NCBI GenBank assembly: GCA_028534125.1
Contig: CM052816.1
Location: forward strand, 76,076,001-76,140,000
Reading direction: 5' to 3'
Source of the DNA: Lama glama
Lineage: Eukaryota
DNA length: 64,000 bases
Positions 51,833 through 64,000 of the stretch are shown here, in pieces. Position 1 is the stretch's first letter. Every line of letters begins with the position of its first letter. A program made the translations under genes and the position numbers. A model generated the notes under the pieces. The model saw only the letters and a program-made list of their open reading frames with translations. It had not been told where the DNA came from and searched no databases.

Positions 51833-52328
51833 AGTATGTTTCATCTATACCCATATTTAGTTTTAAACCCTTGTTTTGGTTCTGGGTAAATGATGCCTAC
51901 CTACATGATGTTACTTTGAACCAACTTTACCCTTAGAATAAAATCATCTACTCCCACACTGTTTGGACAATGAAGACTGAAGCTAACAACCTCCCCTCCC
52001 TCCAATAATAAAAAGCCTAACTGTCTATATTACTAGAAAATTGTTTGAGTTCCTTGTGTTAAAATCCTCAGTTTGGTATTTTCACCAATCCAGAAGAGTT
52101 TCATTCTTACTCAATTCTAATCAAGTCTTTTCTTTCCCAACTTTTCCATTGAAAGACCTGCCTAATACAAAGTTTCAATTCTTAATAAATTCCGACCTTG
52201 CCTTGGCCCCCAAGACACTGCCAAAGTTCTGTGGAGATGGTATTCTCCTTTAAGGCAGTAAGCAATAACATTAGCTTTGTATCATCAACAAGTTGTGTTG
52301 ATGATCTTTGGAGAGCTGGCATTCAACA
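51833..52328 (+). mobile_element. ancient LTR (MER67/MER31-like ERV1)
   Basis: The 3' end gcaataacattagctttgtatcatcaacaagttgtgttgatgatctttggagagctggcattcaaca resembles MER67-family termini as recalled. Confidence 0.55.
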
Positions 52329-52524
52329 GCCTACTTCCCAAACTTACCAGTATGATTAGGATTATGTGCTGAACTTTTCTGACCGCTATTTAAAAACCAT
52401 AAAAAATGAATAGAGGTTTGAAATTATAAACTATAATTATAAGCTTGTAATTATAAACTATGATTTCACTCATTTATTTCTATTTTATAGGATTATTAAG
52501 AAACATAATAGACTCTGGTAGACT

Positions 52525-53030
52525 ATGTATTTATTTATTCAACAAACAGCGAGTTTCTGATTTGAAGCAAGCACTTTTCTAGACATTTGGGATCACAGTG
52601 GTGAATGAGGGAGTACGTTTCTAGTCTTCATGGTGCTTACATGCCAGGAGTGGAGCTAGATGTTGAGCCTGTGAACAAGGAAAGAAATAAGAGCACTATA
52701 CCCTGTATAAGTATAGGAAGAAAATGAAAAATGAGGACCTAGCAAAGGCCATCTAAGATTGGATAGACAAGACAAGAGAGGCTTTGCTGAGAAAGAAACA
52801 GTTAAGCTGGGGCCTGAGAGTGGATGATCAGTCATCAATGAGGAGCTAAAGGACAGTCTTTTCAAGTAGAGAAAATGATGCAAAGGAGAAAGCTTGGATC
52901 ATTCAAGGAATAAAGAAATGCACTATAGCTGGAGTACCAAGCAAGTGTAAGGAGTAGAGAGAAATGTGCAAACATTGAGGTGTGTTTTCAAGGTAAGACT
53001 GGTAAGGCCACATTACCAGTGAATGAGGGA
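52525..53030 (-). mobile_element. L2 3' remnant
   Basis: atttattcaacaaac..., gtcttcatggtgcttaca, cactatagctggagt. Confidence 0.6.
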
Positions 53031-53939
53031 GTAATTGAGAGTCACTCCTGATGGTACTTGTCCACCACCAAGTAGAAGCCTGCAGAGAATGCAAAATTAT
53101 CAGTACCTGAATCCAGTGCTTTGCCACCCAGTTCTCTCTCTTCTTATTTCTGTCTAAACTCAGCCTCACTTTCTCCATGGTGTTTGCAATATTTTCTTCC
53201 TTGGATAAAGCAGGAAAATGATTTTATTCTCTATGGATGCTCTCTAAGAAAAAGTTTAGCTTATAAATCTGGTGACATGGATGCCACTTGAAAAAAAGCC
53301 TGCATTCCTAAGACAGTGTTGTAAAAATAATTGTTCACCCTATAAAAAAATTAATAAAAAAATCCAGGCTACCATTGCCAAATAGGTACTTAGGTAACTT
53401 TATGGAAAATACATTCCTTTGTATTAATTTATCCAATAATTCATTCTTCTTTACACTTAAGTCCTGGCTCCTTTGGCTTGATACTAATAAACAGTCAAAT
53501 CATACAACTAGCATTCTCCAGTTCCATCCTTACCAAACCACCTTCAGAGTATTATCTGGTCTCCCATTTGGAATGGCTTCTAGAAAAAGAATGTATTGGG
53601 TAGAGGATTATAATGCCATGTCCTCTGGATAGTTTTGTTCATAAAGTAATTTACTTACTTTTTGAATTTAGTCATCTATCTTGAGCTGATTAATGAGAGT
53701 CTGCCCCCAAGAGATAGACCTGTTTGTATCTGCTTACAAAACACTTTTGAGTCTAGGAGGCTGACGGCTAAAATGATAGTGTCACAATGGTAATGAAGGT
53801 ACTTAGAAGACAACCAAATAAAATAATCATTTACAATGCACAAATATCCCTATTTAGTAATTCTGTTAAGTTTCAGGGAGGGTATATATGTAAGTGTACA
53901 CACACACACACACACGCTCTCACACTCATACATACATAT

Positions 53940-54200
53940 ACATGGTCAGTCCTCATTGTTCATGGATTCCATGTTTGCAAATTCACCTGCTCACTAAAAT
54001 TTCTCTGTAACCCCAAATCAATACTTGTGTCAATTTTTCATTCATTCACCAACATATGCAAAGTGACAAAAATTTTGAATTGCTTGATGCACACATTTCC
54101 ACTTGGGGTTAAACAAGGCAATGCTCTGCCTTCTTGTTTCAGCTCTCAGATTGCAAACAAGTATCCTTCCATGATCTAGTTAGTGTCATGATTTGCATTT
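53940..54200 (+). mobile_element. TcMar-Tigger element fragment (MER82-like)
   Basis: tcctcattgttcatggattccatgtttgcaaattcacctgctcactaaaatttctctgtaaccccaaatcaatact...ctctgccttcttgtttcagctctca. Confidence 0.7.
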
Positions 54201-57020
54201 CTGTGGAAAGTAGAATGAAAAAAAATATATATATATATATAATGTTTTCTGGTGTGAGATGTTTCCCATTAGTGGAAGCTAACCATATCTTCACACAAAA
54301 TCAAAAGCCACTGGGAGACCCAAGCAGTGTGCTAGACTTAGCATAAATCTTAGCCAGGACCCCATTTTCATGTGCAAGTGTTATTTTATTTTTAGATTCT
54401 TACATTGTTTGGCTTTATGCTTTATTCCTCTCATCCTTTGTTTTCCACATGGATCTTCTAGCCAAATGTATATGACTATGTGCTGATGCCTCATGTACTG
54501 TGGGGTTTTTGGTCCTGTGTTTGGCTCATGTTGTGCCCTCTACTTGAAATGCTTTGCTCCCTTAACGTGCACAGATCTGAACTATTTCCTCTAATTCCTG
54601 CTTCCCCACCTCTAGACAGCTGTAATCTCTCACCTCCTTAAACGCTTGCTGCAGTCTGTTCTTCTCTGTGGCACTAACATACTGTGTGTTTGATTTTGAT
54701 GATCTAGATATTTGTCCTACTCATTTTGTCTTTCTTACCTGGCCTACCCCAATGCCTTGAACATGTTCAATTTATGTTTATAGACTAAAAGTATTTAGTC
54801 CAGTGGTTTTTAATTTTAAATCACAAACCTCTTTAAAAATTTGATTAAAGCTTTTTGGCAAAAAAAAGAGCAACTTCAAAAAGTTCTACTGTATTTCCAA
54901 GTATTTGCAGTTCTCTCCCATCACTACTACCTCCCTGAGTCCCAAACTCTTTGTTAAAAACATCTCGTTTACTCCAAAGTCCCCAGAATGACTGAAATGT
55001 TGAAGCTTACAGAAGTCAAGTAACTTGTCTTAGATAGTGGAGAAAATAGAGCTGGAGCTGAAGTTTAGTGATTTCCAGGCTAGAGGTCTTTTTCAATGTG
55101 GGTGCCTTGATCTGGACCATAAGAACATACTCCTTTGTCTCCAAATGGGGACTCAAGGAAACTTCATTCACTCTTAACACAGACTAGTGTGCTGCTGGAT
55201 GTCACTGATATCAGTAGGGAAGTAAGTGCTCATAGAGCTGGATGGAAAAGAGTGGACAGAGAAGCAGAAAGTTGGTTAAAATGTCAAGCCTGTCATTTAC
55301 CATTTATGTGTCTCTAGCTTAGCCAAATGTTCTAGGAAATCAAGAGGCTAATGACCCTGGGGAATCTACGTGTGTTCCCTGTTACATGAGGAGGCTCAGG
55401 ATCAAACAATAGTCTAACTGGTTTTATCTTTTAGCAGGAAGTCAGGTGAAGTCTTAACCATCTTGGAGTGCAGTCTTGGGTGCTTTCTGTATCTCAAGTG
55501 TTGACTCATTTTTATTTCCTTTGGAGAGGTCTCTTAAATTCTGTTAAAACTGATTCGTCTGTAGAAATATGATAAAGATCAGTTCTCTGGAAACAGTCAC
55601 ATTGCCAGATGCCCTGAGACTTTATTTCTAATCCTTATTTCAAGGATTATAGAAAAATAGACTGTTTTGCTGTTCTTAAGCCAGAAGCAAAACTGAATTC
55701 ACTGTTCTTCCTTAACTTAGTTCATCAGGTGACCCTTGTTTCCCACCATCACCAATTCTAAGAGACAAATCACATGCACTTCCCTTTTCAGACTTTGGTC
55801 TGAAGACATGACATCTTCTCTCTATGCCCTCCAACTAGAATTCCAAAAAGACCCTAACCTCAGCTTTACAGAAATGGGATGATTTCTGCAGTAGCCTTTA
55901 TTTTAGCTTTAGCTGTGTATGTTTTTATTAAAATATTTACTTAAATTCATGTATTCATTACTGTTAGTACCAGCTAAGGACTTGTTTGATCAGATTAGGC
56001 AGATTTTCTCTAATTGCTTAGAGAGATTGAAATTTAAGGAAGTCTTCAACTTCTAATACTTATTTCTTTTTTTATTAGAAGAACTTTTTGGTCAAATTGT
56101 TTATGTTCTCTAGTGTCCTCTGGTATAGAAATTCAAATATTTTAGTGTTCTAGGTGACTCAGTTTTAATTATAATAAAATAAACATTGAGTATATTTTAT
56201 TGCCATTTTTCTTACCCATTAGTTTTTTTTAATTTCTTCGTATAAAATCTGCTCCTCTGATTCAAAATATGCAAAATTTTACTTTTTATTAGATTGGGAA
56301 AACAAACTTATTTCTTACATCCTTTAGATTTATATATAGCTATAGGTAAGTGAACTAATTTCACTAAATCATGTAAAAATTGGTCCATCTTAAGGAAAAG
56401 TTTAAGATTTGATGCTTAATAATAAAAAAAATTGAGAAGTGATAGAAGTCAACTTATTAATAGCAAAGGAAAGCTGTAACATCAGTGTTTAAATAGTCTA
56501 TAAGATTTGCCATATTCAATCAGATAAACTATTTGAACTTGGCAAAATAAGGGTGTTGTATATCTGTTACGAGGTCAATATTAGAACATTTGGAATTCAT
56601 GTTTGTTTTTTTGCTTGTACATTTATTTCTCCCTATCTCAAGTTTCCAAAAAGAACTGAGGTGGGCTCAAAGAAATACATTCTCTATAGAAGGATAACAA
56701 ACAAAGACAGAAAGTAAAATAAAGGGAGGAAAACTGTGGGGTAGTAAAATGAACCTAAGTGTAGCTTAGACAGTACTTAAAAATGTGTACTATTGTCTCA
56801 TCTCTCTGTGCCAGAAATAGGCTGCCAGTTCAGGCCCGAATTTTCCAGCTGCCAAAAGAGGGTCATAAAAATCATGATGAAATATACAAGTGGCTCAGGA
56901 ATGTACTAAGGACTCCGACAGCTTCTCCCCAAGTGTCCTCATAAAGAGGATTTGGTATCTGCAGCAAATGATCTTCAGCTATATCGTCTAATCATTTTAA
57001 GAAGTATGTGTGTATATGTG

Positions 57021-57539
57021 TGTGGGTGGAACAGATTCTAATACAGCTCCCAATGACCAGTGCCTCCTGATATTCATGTCCTTATGTAATCCTCTCCCTT
57101 TGAGTGTAGACAGGACTTATGACTTGCTGCTATCCAATACAAAATGGCAATGATGGGATCCCACTTCCATGAATAGATTACATGAGATTCTGATTTGCTC
57201 CCTCTTTTTAGTGGGCTCTCTCCCTTGTTGGCTTTGAAGAAACAAGCTGTCATGCTGTGAGCGGTCCTGTGGAATCATCTACATGGCCAGGAACTGCGAG
57301 TGGCCTTGGCTAGCAGTGAACAAGAAACTAAACACTGCCTTCAACCATGTGAGCTTGGAAGCAGATACTTCCTTGTCAGAGTCTTCAGATGAGACCCTAA
57401 CCCTGTCCATTGCATCCTTGGCAGGACCCTGAAACAGAAGCCAGCCTGATCCACAGGAACTAAGAACTAATAAATATGTATTGTTTTAAGCTGCTAAATT
57501 TTGGGGTAATTGGTTACTCAGCAATATATAATTAATTTC
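57021..57539 (+). mobile_element. MaLR solo LTR (MLT1E/F-like)
   Basis: cctctccctttgagtgt, ctttgaagaaacaagctg, aaccatgtgagcttggaagcagat, aataaat..gttttaagctgctaaattttggggtaatt. Confidence 0.85.
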
Positions 57540-58369
57540 GTGTGTTTGCATATTATAAAATCCTTTAACAAAATACAGTGCTAAAGCCCAATTTAATAAT
57601 ATCCTGATACATAGAGTGCTTTAACAAACTGTATTTATTTAGGGATAAGATTAAGCCCTCCTAAGACTGAAATGGATAAATTTTCAGGACCTTCAGAGAA
57701 GCTTTCATAAATACAACTTGCACGATTAGGTTTTTGTGACAGTTGTATACTAGAGTTTGAAGTATATTCTAATAAGAAAGTGAATACAGATGTTCTAAGT
57801 AGTCAATAGTGTATAACCATAACTTGCTAATAAAACTAGATGACTTTAGAAATTAAAATACTAAAAATTAAGAATAAATAGGATTAGATTTTTGACTTTT
57901 TTACTTTCTTTCTTTAAAATGTAAAAAAAAGTAAAAACATACTTCTCTTGTAAAGATTCAAAAAGATCATCATATAGATGAAAACAGTAACATTTTCTTC
58001 TCTCCCTCAAATACCACTCAATTCTCCAGTTTTAAACACTAAATGAGATTAATATTTTTAAAGACTAAAAATAAAGCTTAACGTAAAAGGGAGAATATAT
58101 TTTCTAGTAGGAAAAATAGAGTATTTAAAATAAAAGAAGATCATGCTGTAACCAGTGAAAAAATATTAAGAGCATGAAAATAAAGGATTAAACTTTTTTT
58201 TAAAGTAATTGATGACAGAAATGAAATATATTGGAATTTAGGAGTCTTTAGAATTTATATAAGAACATATAAGTGGCACTGTGTACTAAAAGATACATAA
58301 AATTGATAGGTAGTATTCTGGTATAAAATACATACATAATATATAATTATAATTAGTTGTACAGTTATT

Positions 58370-58900
58370 TAGTTATAATTGTATATAATAGTATACATTT
58401 CTGGGTACCACAAAACTTAGCGACTTAAGCAACAACAATTGTATCTCACATAATTTTGAGGGTAATGATTTTGGGCAGAGTTAAGCTGGAAAAGCCCCTG
58501 CTCCTCATGGCATTGACAGGAGTCATGTGGTGTTCATCTGAGACCAAGCTGGTTAAGAGGGTCAATGGCAATTTCAATCATGGCCACCATTTTTGTAGGA
58601 ATGGCTGGAAGGCTGGGCTCACCTGGGTTCCCCCTCTCTCCAGATAGTTTCAGAACATCTCTGTATGGTCTCTCCAGAAGTGTGGCTGGACCTTGCATGG
58701 CTGCTCAAGGCATGAGACCAAGAAGGAGGCTGTTGAATTTTTAAAAAAAATCTGAGTCCAGAGCTGGCATATTGTTGATTCCACCATATTCAATGGGTCA
58801 AAGCAGTTTTAATCAGGCCCAGATTCAAGGGGAGGAGAAAAAGTCATCATGTTTAAAAGGGAGATGTTTCAAAGAATTTGTGGCCATCTTTCATCTGCCA
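58370..58900 (-). mobile_element. old MaLR LTR (MLT1G/H-like)
   Basis: aaaacttagcgacttaagcaacaac, aggcccagattcaaggggaggagaa, aagaatttgtggccatc...ctgccaca. Confidence 0.75.
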
Positions 58901-59179
58901 CATGTGGTACGATAGATGTGTAAAATGTAGTAAGAATGCAGAAGAGAATTAAAAACAGATGAGCAAACTATTAAAACCTTCCATCAATGCAGAATACTGA
59001 GTAATTAAAAAAATAGAATATCTACATCTTCAATAATGATAAGGAGCTAAAATTGATCAAACAAAACTGTAGCTAAAAGTAGCCACGTGGTGTGAGTTCT
59101 TAGCAGAATTTACTGAGGTGAAAGAGCTTGGCAAGGCCAACAACCCAGCACCTCTTGTTTAAGTATGCGTGTGTGGGTA

Positions 59180-59470
59180 TATTATTGTTATTAGTCATGT
59201 ATTATTGCATAATGAATTTTCCCCCAACAAAAATTTATTACTGTAGTTTTTATGAGTCAAGAATCTGGGAGCAGCTTGGCTGGGTGATACTGGCTCAAAT
59301 TTTCTCAAGAAGTTGCAGTTATACTCTCAGCAGGATTGTAGTTCCATATGAAGGCATGACTCGGGAGGATCTACTAAGATTACTCATGCTGTTATTGGCA
59401 GGAGCCTTCAGTTCCTTGATACATGAGCCTCACCATAGGACTGCTTAAGACATAGCTTTCCCCAGAGTGA
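59180..59470 (-). mobile_element. MaLR LTR fragment
   Basis: gagtcaagaatctgggagcagcttggctgggtg...ggcaggagccttcagttcctt...ctttccccagagtgag. Confidence 0.65.
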
Positions 59471-59784
59471 GCCCAGTGCAAGCACTATCCTAAACAAACT
59501 ATGGACTGGCAAACTGTCCTATAGCCTGCTAAAAAGATAATAAAAAAAGTATAAAAAAAACTGTAACGTTATTCCAAAGTATTGCAGAAGATGTTTCATT
59601 GTGACCATGCAAAGAAAACAAAGTAGATTGAAATGATGCTTTTCACTTACAGTAAAAGTATCAGCTTACAAAAGATAAAAAAGTTAAAGAAAATGGTGTG
59701 TGTATGTCATTGATGTTTAGGTTTGAAAGGGATCTTAAAGGTCAGCTAGCCCAATGTAATTTTAAAATATTATTTAATTTTTAA

Positions 59785-60512
59785 ATTACCTTTTAATTGT
59801 CAATTTATATACAATGAAGTTCTCTCTTCATGGTATTCCATGGATTTTGACAGTTGCGTATAGTCATGAATCCACTACCACAGTTGTGACACAGAACAAC
59901 AGTTCTATCGCTCTCCAAATTACCTTGTACTACCCCTTTATAGTTAACCTCCCCCCACTACCCCAACCCCTGGCAACCATTGATCTGTTCTCTGAAGCTT
60001 TTCATCCTCAGTAGCACCTGTTATTGTCAAGTTTTAAAAATTATTAGCCACTCCAATATATATATCTCATTGTGGTTTTAATTTGCATTTTTCTAATGAC
60101 TAATGATGTCGAGCATCTTTTTGAGTGCTTATTCGCCATTCCTATACTTGTTTAGATCCTTTGCCTACTTTTTTCATTGTGTTTTCTTAATATTGAGTTT
60201 TAGAGTTCTTTGTGTATTGTAGATTTAAGAACTTAGTCAGAAATGTGATTTGCAAATTATTTTCTCCCAATCTGTGACTTGTCTTTTCATTTTCTTGACG
60301 TTATCTTTTGTAGAGCAAAATTTTCTTTATTTTAGTAAAGTTTTATTAATTTTTAATAGATTATGCTTTTGTTATCATATTTTAAAATGTTTGTGTAACA
60401 AAAAGTCACAAACTTTTTTTTTCTATGTTTTCTTCTAGAAGTTATATGACTGTATGTTTTTAGATTTAAGTCTAGAGTCTATTTAGAATTTATTTTTGTA
60501 AAAGGTGTGAGA
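59785..60512 (-). mobile_element. ancient L1M 3' fragment
   Basis: cccctggcaaccattgatctgttctctg, tctcattgtggttttaatttgcatttttctaatgactaatgatgtcgagcatc. Confidence 0.85.
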
Positions 60513-60854
60513 CAGGGGCCTAACCTCACTTTACAAATGAATAAACTAAGGAATGGGCTTCAGGAAAAAAAAAAAAAGAAGTATTGATTTGCTGAGATTA
60601 CAAGATTTACAGTGGTAGTACCAGACTGGGTGGTCCTGGTCTTCTGACTTCCACTGCATCTCATTGTCATGTAAGTGGTTTTAAGTTTGACTTTTTCCCC
60701 TGATTTTGCTCGTGGTCTCTTTCTGGGTTAAACATCTTGGTTCTGTCCAGGGCTTTGGGAAACTTATGTTCTTAGCGGTTGTCCTAAAGGCAGAGATGAA
60801 TAATTGTTGGTCAGAAATTAGAGGCACCTATATCGTGTGAAAACCACACTTTGT

Positions 60855-61310
60855 TGGTCATATATTGCAGTAAAAATGCTGCATGACAAACCAATTAAAA
60901 AAACCAGTGCCTTATAGCAGTAGTGTCCTTATGCTCGCAAATCTGTGGGTCAGCTGGAGTCTGGCCCTTTTAGACTTTCTTCAGCTAGGCAGCTCTGCTT
61001 TAGGCTGCAGGTTGGATGGGTTTATTCCAGGCAGTGGGTTGGGTTCACTCCTGTTCCTCATAAGTTTTTTCTGAGACCCAGCCTGGTTGCAAGCAGTGTC
61101 TGTCTAGCACATGTGCTACTCATGGCTGGTCACTGCCAAGTCACGCAAACATGTGTGAGTACTCTGCTGACATCAGGTCCCCTAACATTCCACTGGCCAG
61201 AGCAGGTCTAATGGCTCAGCTTAACACCACCAGGGCAGGGACGTGTACTCTAACCAGAGTGAAAGGAGAGGCAGAGTGAGTTTTTATTGAAAAGTAATTC
61301 AAATTACGAT
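60855..61310 (-). mobile_element. old MaLR LTR (MLT1I/J-like)
   Basis: aatctgtgggtcagctgg, ctttaggctgcaggttgg, ctaacattccactggccagagcaggtc. Confidence 0.65.
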
Positions 61311-63762
61311 ATATACTTAGTAGTTTACCCAATTGAATAGACACGAGACCAAAATTAAAATTCTATGTTCCTCCTTGGGAAAACTGATCTCTTTCTACAT
61401 GTAACATTGATTCGATAGATCACAAGGCAGAATTTCTGATAGAAGGCTGAAACATTACACAATTATTCCAACAATTTTTGTTTGATTCTTTGCGTACCAC
61501 CTCACTTCAAAATGACTTTAAGCAGACATGACAAGGCAGTTTAAGTAAGCACTCAATCCTGAAATCAGAGGTCTCTGAGAACCATTATTATGTGTGCATT
61601 AGACTTCCACAGGTTGCCTGACACTGGTTTAGGTACTGCAAAGTTTATATACTTTAGGCTGGGAGTCATTGCTTCTTTTGGGGAGTTTACACTTTTCTCA
61701 CAGCAGATGAAGATGCTATTTAATCATATAGATTAAATATAAGTAGAAAATAATGGACGTAAAAACTGGAAGGAATTTAAACTACTGCCCTGACTTCAAG
61801 GATCGGAAGTCTTGAAGTGCAGAAAAATTAAATAATTTTCTAAAGGACAGAAGAAGTTGGTGAAATATTTAAGTCCAGAATCCAGATTTTTTTATACTTA
61901 TGGTCAAGAATAGAAAAGAACACTCACAAGAATGAGAACTTACTGAAGGGGAGGCAGTTACGCACCCTTAGGTATTTTCCCAAGTGAATTAACTTTAGAG
62001 CAGCTGAGGGAAGCTGTCTCCACTGACAGAAGATTCCAGGGAGTGTGATGATGGAAGGAAAACGGTCTGAATGTTGAGATATGTTAGCAGAACTCAGAGC
62101 CAGTCACTGACTGAAGGTTTTACTAGATCTCAAAAAGAACTTATCCCCCATACATGTATCGTTGCTTTTGTTGTTGATATCCTGTCTTGGTGGCTTGCTT
62201 ATAATTAGAATGGTTAGATCTTTTATATATGATTTGTAATATATTATGTGATCATTATCTGATTATGAGTTTAAAGTCCTGTGATGCATTTTTATGGCAT
62301 ACAAAAACTGATTTATATATCAAACTCAGTGAATGGCTCCTCACTTGTTCATAGAAATAGCTTCAGCAAAAACTAATCAAGAGTTTAATCAAAGTTTAAC
62401 TTGGTAAACCAACAAAGATTTCCAAAAAGATGCATATTTTAAATAATTTCCCAGAATCTTAGAGGGATGTGGAATTGTGAGAGTAGAAAGGATCAGGATG
62501 ACAGTCCCAGCTAAAAGACACACACACACACAAACATACACCCCAGAAACGAAACAAAACACAAGCAAATAGAGTGATTAGAAATTTCAACAAAAGAATT
62601 ATTTGACTAACAACAACAATAAAGTTCCCATTCTCCAATTTTGTGTTGTCTTTAAACTGTCTTAATAATAGCATCTAAATGTAGTGTTGGTTAGACTGAA
62701 ATAAACACAGAGTTGTTTGGGAACACGTGAGTACAAGCCGCAGGATGATTCATTTATATTTACATATGGGACTTCACTCACCACAGAGGGCTCCAGGATT
62801 TACCAGAAATGTTTGGATGTTTTATAGTTTTTGGCTACTCTAATTAAAAAAAAATTTTTTTTTTTTTGTTTTCAGCAAGCGTGGGCACTGTCTGCATGCC
62901 ACTTTGAAATAGTACTAACTCAGTCATCATTGCTAATTTACTCAACTAAAGGAAACATGTCTTGGCCTCTAGTAAGATAAGCACCATGTGGTTTTACAGA
63001 ATTAGAACCCTAGGAGGGAAGTTAGCCTGGCATTTCCTACCCAGAAGCAGTTGATTTAGAACTCCAAAGGTTAAGCTAGAGGTCACTTGAGTTTAAATAT
63101 CTTAGCACAAAAGTCAACCTAAAAGGGAATATAGGAAAAAATCTAGGAAAATTATTGCACCGTCCTCTTTAAGATCTAAGGTTAGTAAATGAAATTCCAA
63201 AGGTCACATAGTTCAGACAGCAGCATGGCATTTACCACTGGAATGAACACCGCCAGAGAACCTCAGAGTCACAGAGAAAAATACATCAGGGAATCTGTTC
63301 AGACATAATAACATTATTGTAGGTTCTTTATGGCTAATATCAATTGATCAACTTCTCTTTATCTGTCACTGAATACAAATGGGAAAGATTGTCCTACGGA
63401 CTTAGCTCTTGGTTTTCTAAGCACAGAAGGTAATTTATCAGAAGTGATACTATCCTTCAGACAGGGGTGAGGAGGAGAAATTGATTTCTATGAGATCCCC
63501 GTGCTGCAGACCTCACCTTTGCCCCATTCTCTGCTTCCTGAGTCAGATTCCTGGGAGGGGTTGGATGCAGTGAGCTGCTCAGGCTCACTGCCCACCATGT
63601 GGGCAAAAGAGATTTGTTTGATGGGTGGATAGGGAGCACCAGTGCCCAGAGCTCCCTCAGAATTGAATGGTCCACTCTGTAGGAGCTGGGATTTTTTCCC
63701 CCCAAATTCTATGATAGTACTATCCATTGGAACTTTTTGCCATGATGGAAGAAATGTTCTAT

Positions 63763-63917
63763 AGTCTGTGTCCAGTAGGGTAGCCACTAGTCACTGACGG
63801 CTATTGAACACTTGAAATGTGTGATTGAGAAACTGAATTTTTAATTATATTTAATATAATTAATTAAAATTTTAAATGTCTGTATTTGGCTAGTGGTTAC
63901 CATATTGAAATGTACAG
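63763..63917. mobile_element. MER3-like hAT MITE
   Basis: gtccagtagggtagccactag...cacttgaaatgtg...aaactgaatttttaatt...ggctagtggttaccatattg with inverted termini. Confidence 0.8.
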
Positions 63918-64000
63918 AATTTTTATAGTATCTTGACATCAATATGACCTTGACTGAAACTTTTTGAATATCATGTAGGATAAAACATTGTGCTTTATAT

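Noticed and set aside
62760..62800. CTCF-like motif CCACAGAGGGC
   Set aside because: The spacing does not fit the CTCF core consensus.
1..64000. CRISPR arrays, tRNA/rRNA genes, miRNA hairpins, CpG island
   Set aside because: I saw none. The sequence is eukaryotic and CpG-depleted. A by-eye scan cannot exclude small ncRNAs.

Overview
AT-rich, CpG-depleted mammalian genomic DNA. It is probably camelid: the young L1 3' ends resemble my recollection of alpaca/camel L1, and I saw no Alu, Bov-A, PRE-1 or SINEC. I recognise no intact protein-coding gene. The window opens with a decayed RBM15B retrocopy (SPOC domain plus 3'UTR). The rest is mostly interspersed repeats: young and old L1, L2, MIR, CR1, MaLR/ERVL LTRs, Tigger and hAT DNA transposons, and a 6-kb degenerate ERV1 provirus with two LTRs, an Arg PBS, a PPT, and integrase and env-ISU remnants. 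The most notable observations are: (1) a TSD-flanked chimeric 'half-L1'-like insertion at 32.8-33.8 kb; (2) a 25-bp templated insertion in an L1 at 9.28 kb that is identical to sequence 2.7 kb away; (3) a candidate TATA-driven spliced minus-strand transcript (TSS ~20435) with a motif-dense, CpG-retaining enhancer-like block 3 kb upstream; (4) the nested LTR/ERV/L1 structure at 43.8-52.3 kb. Repeat subfamily names come from recall of consensus sequences, and boundaries of old repeats are approximate.
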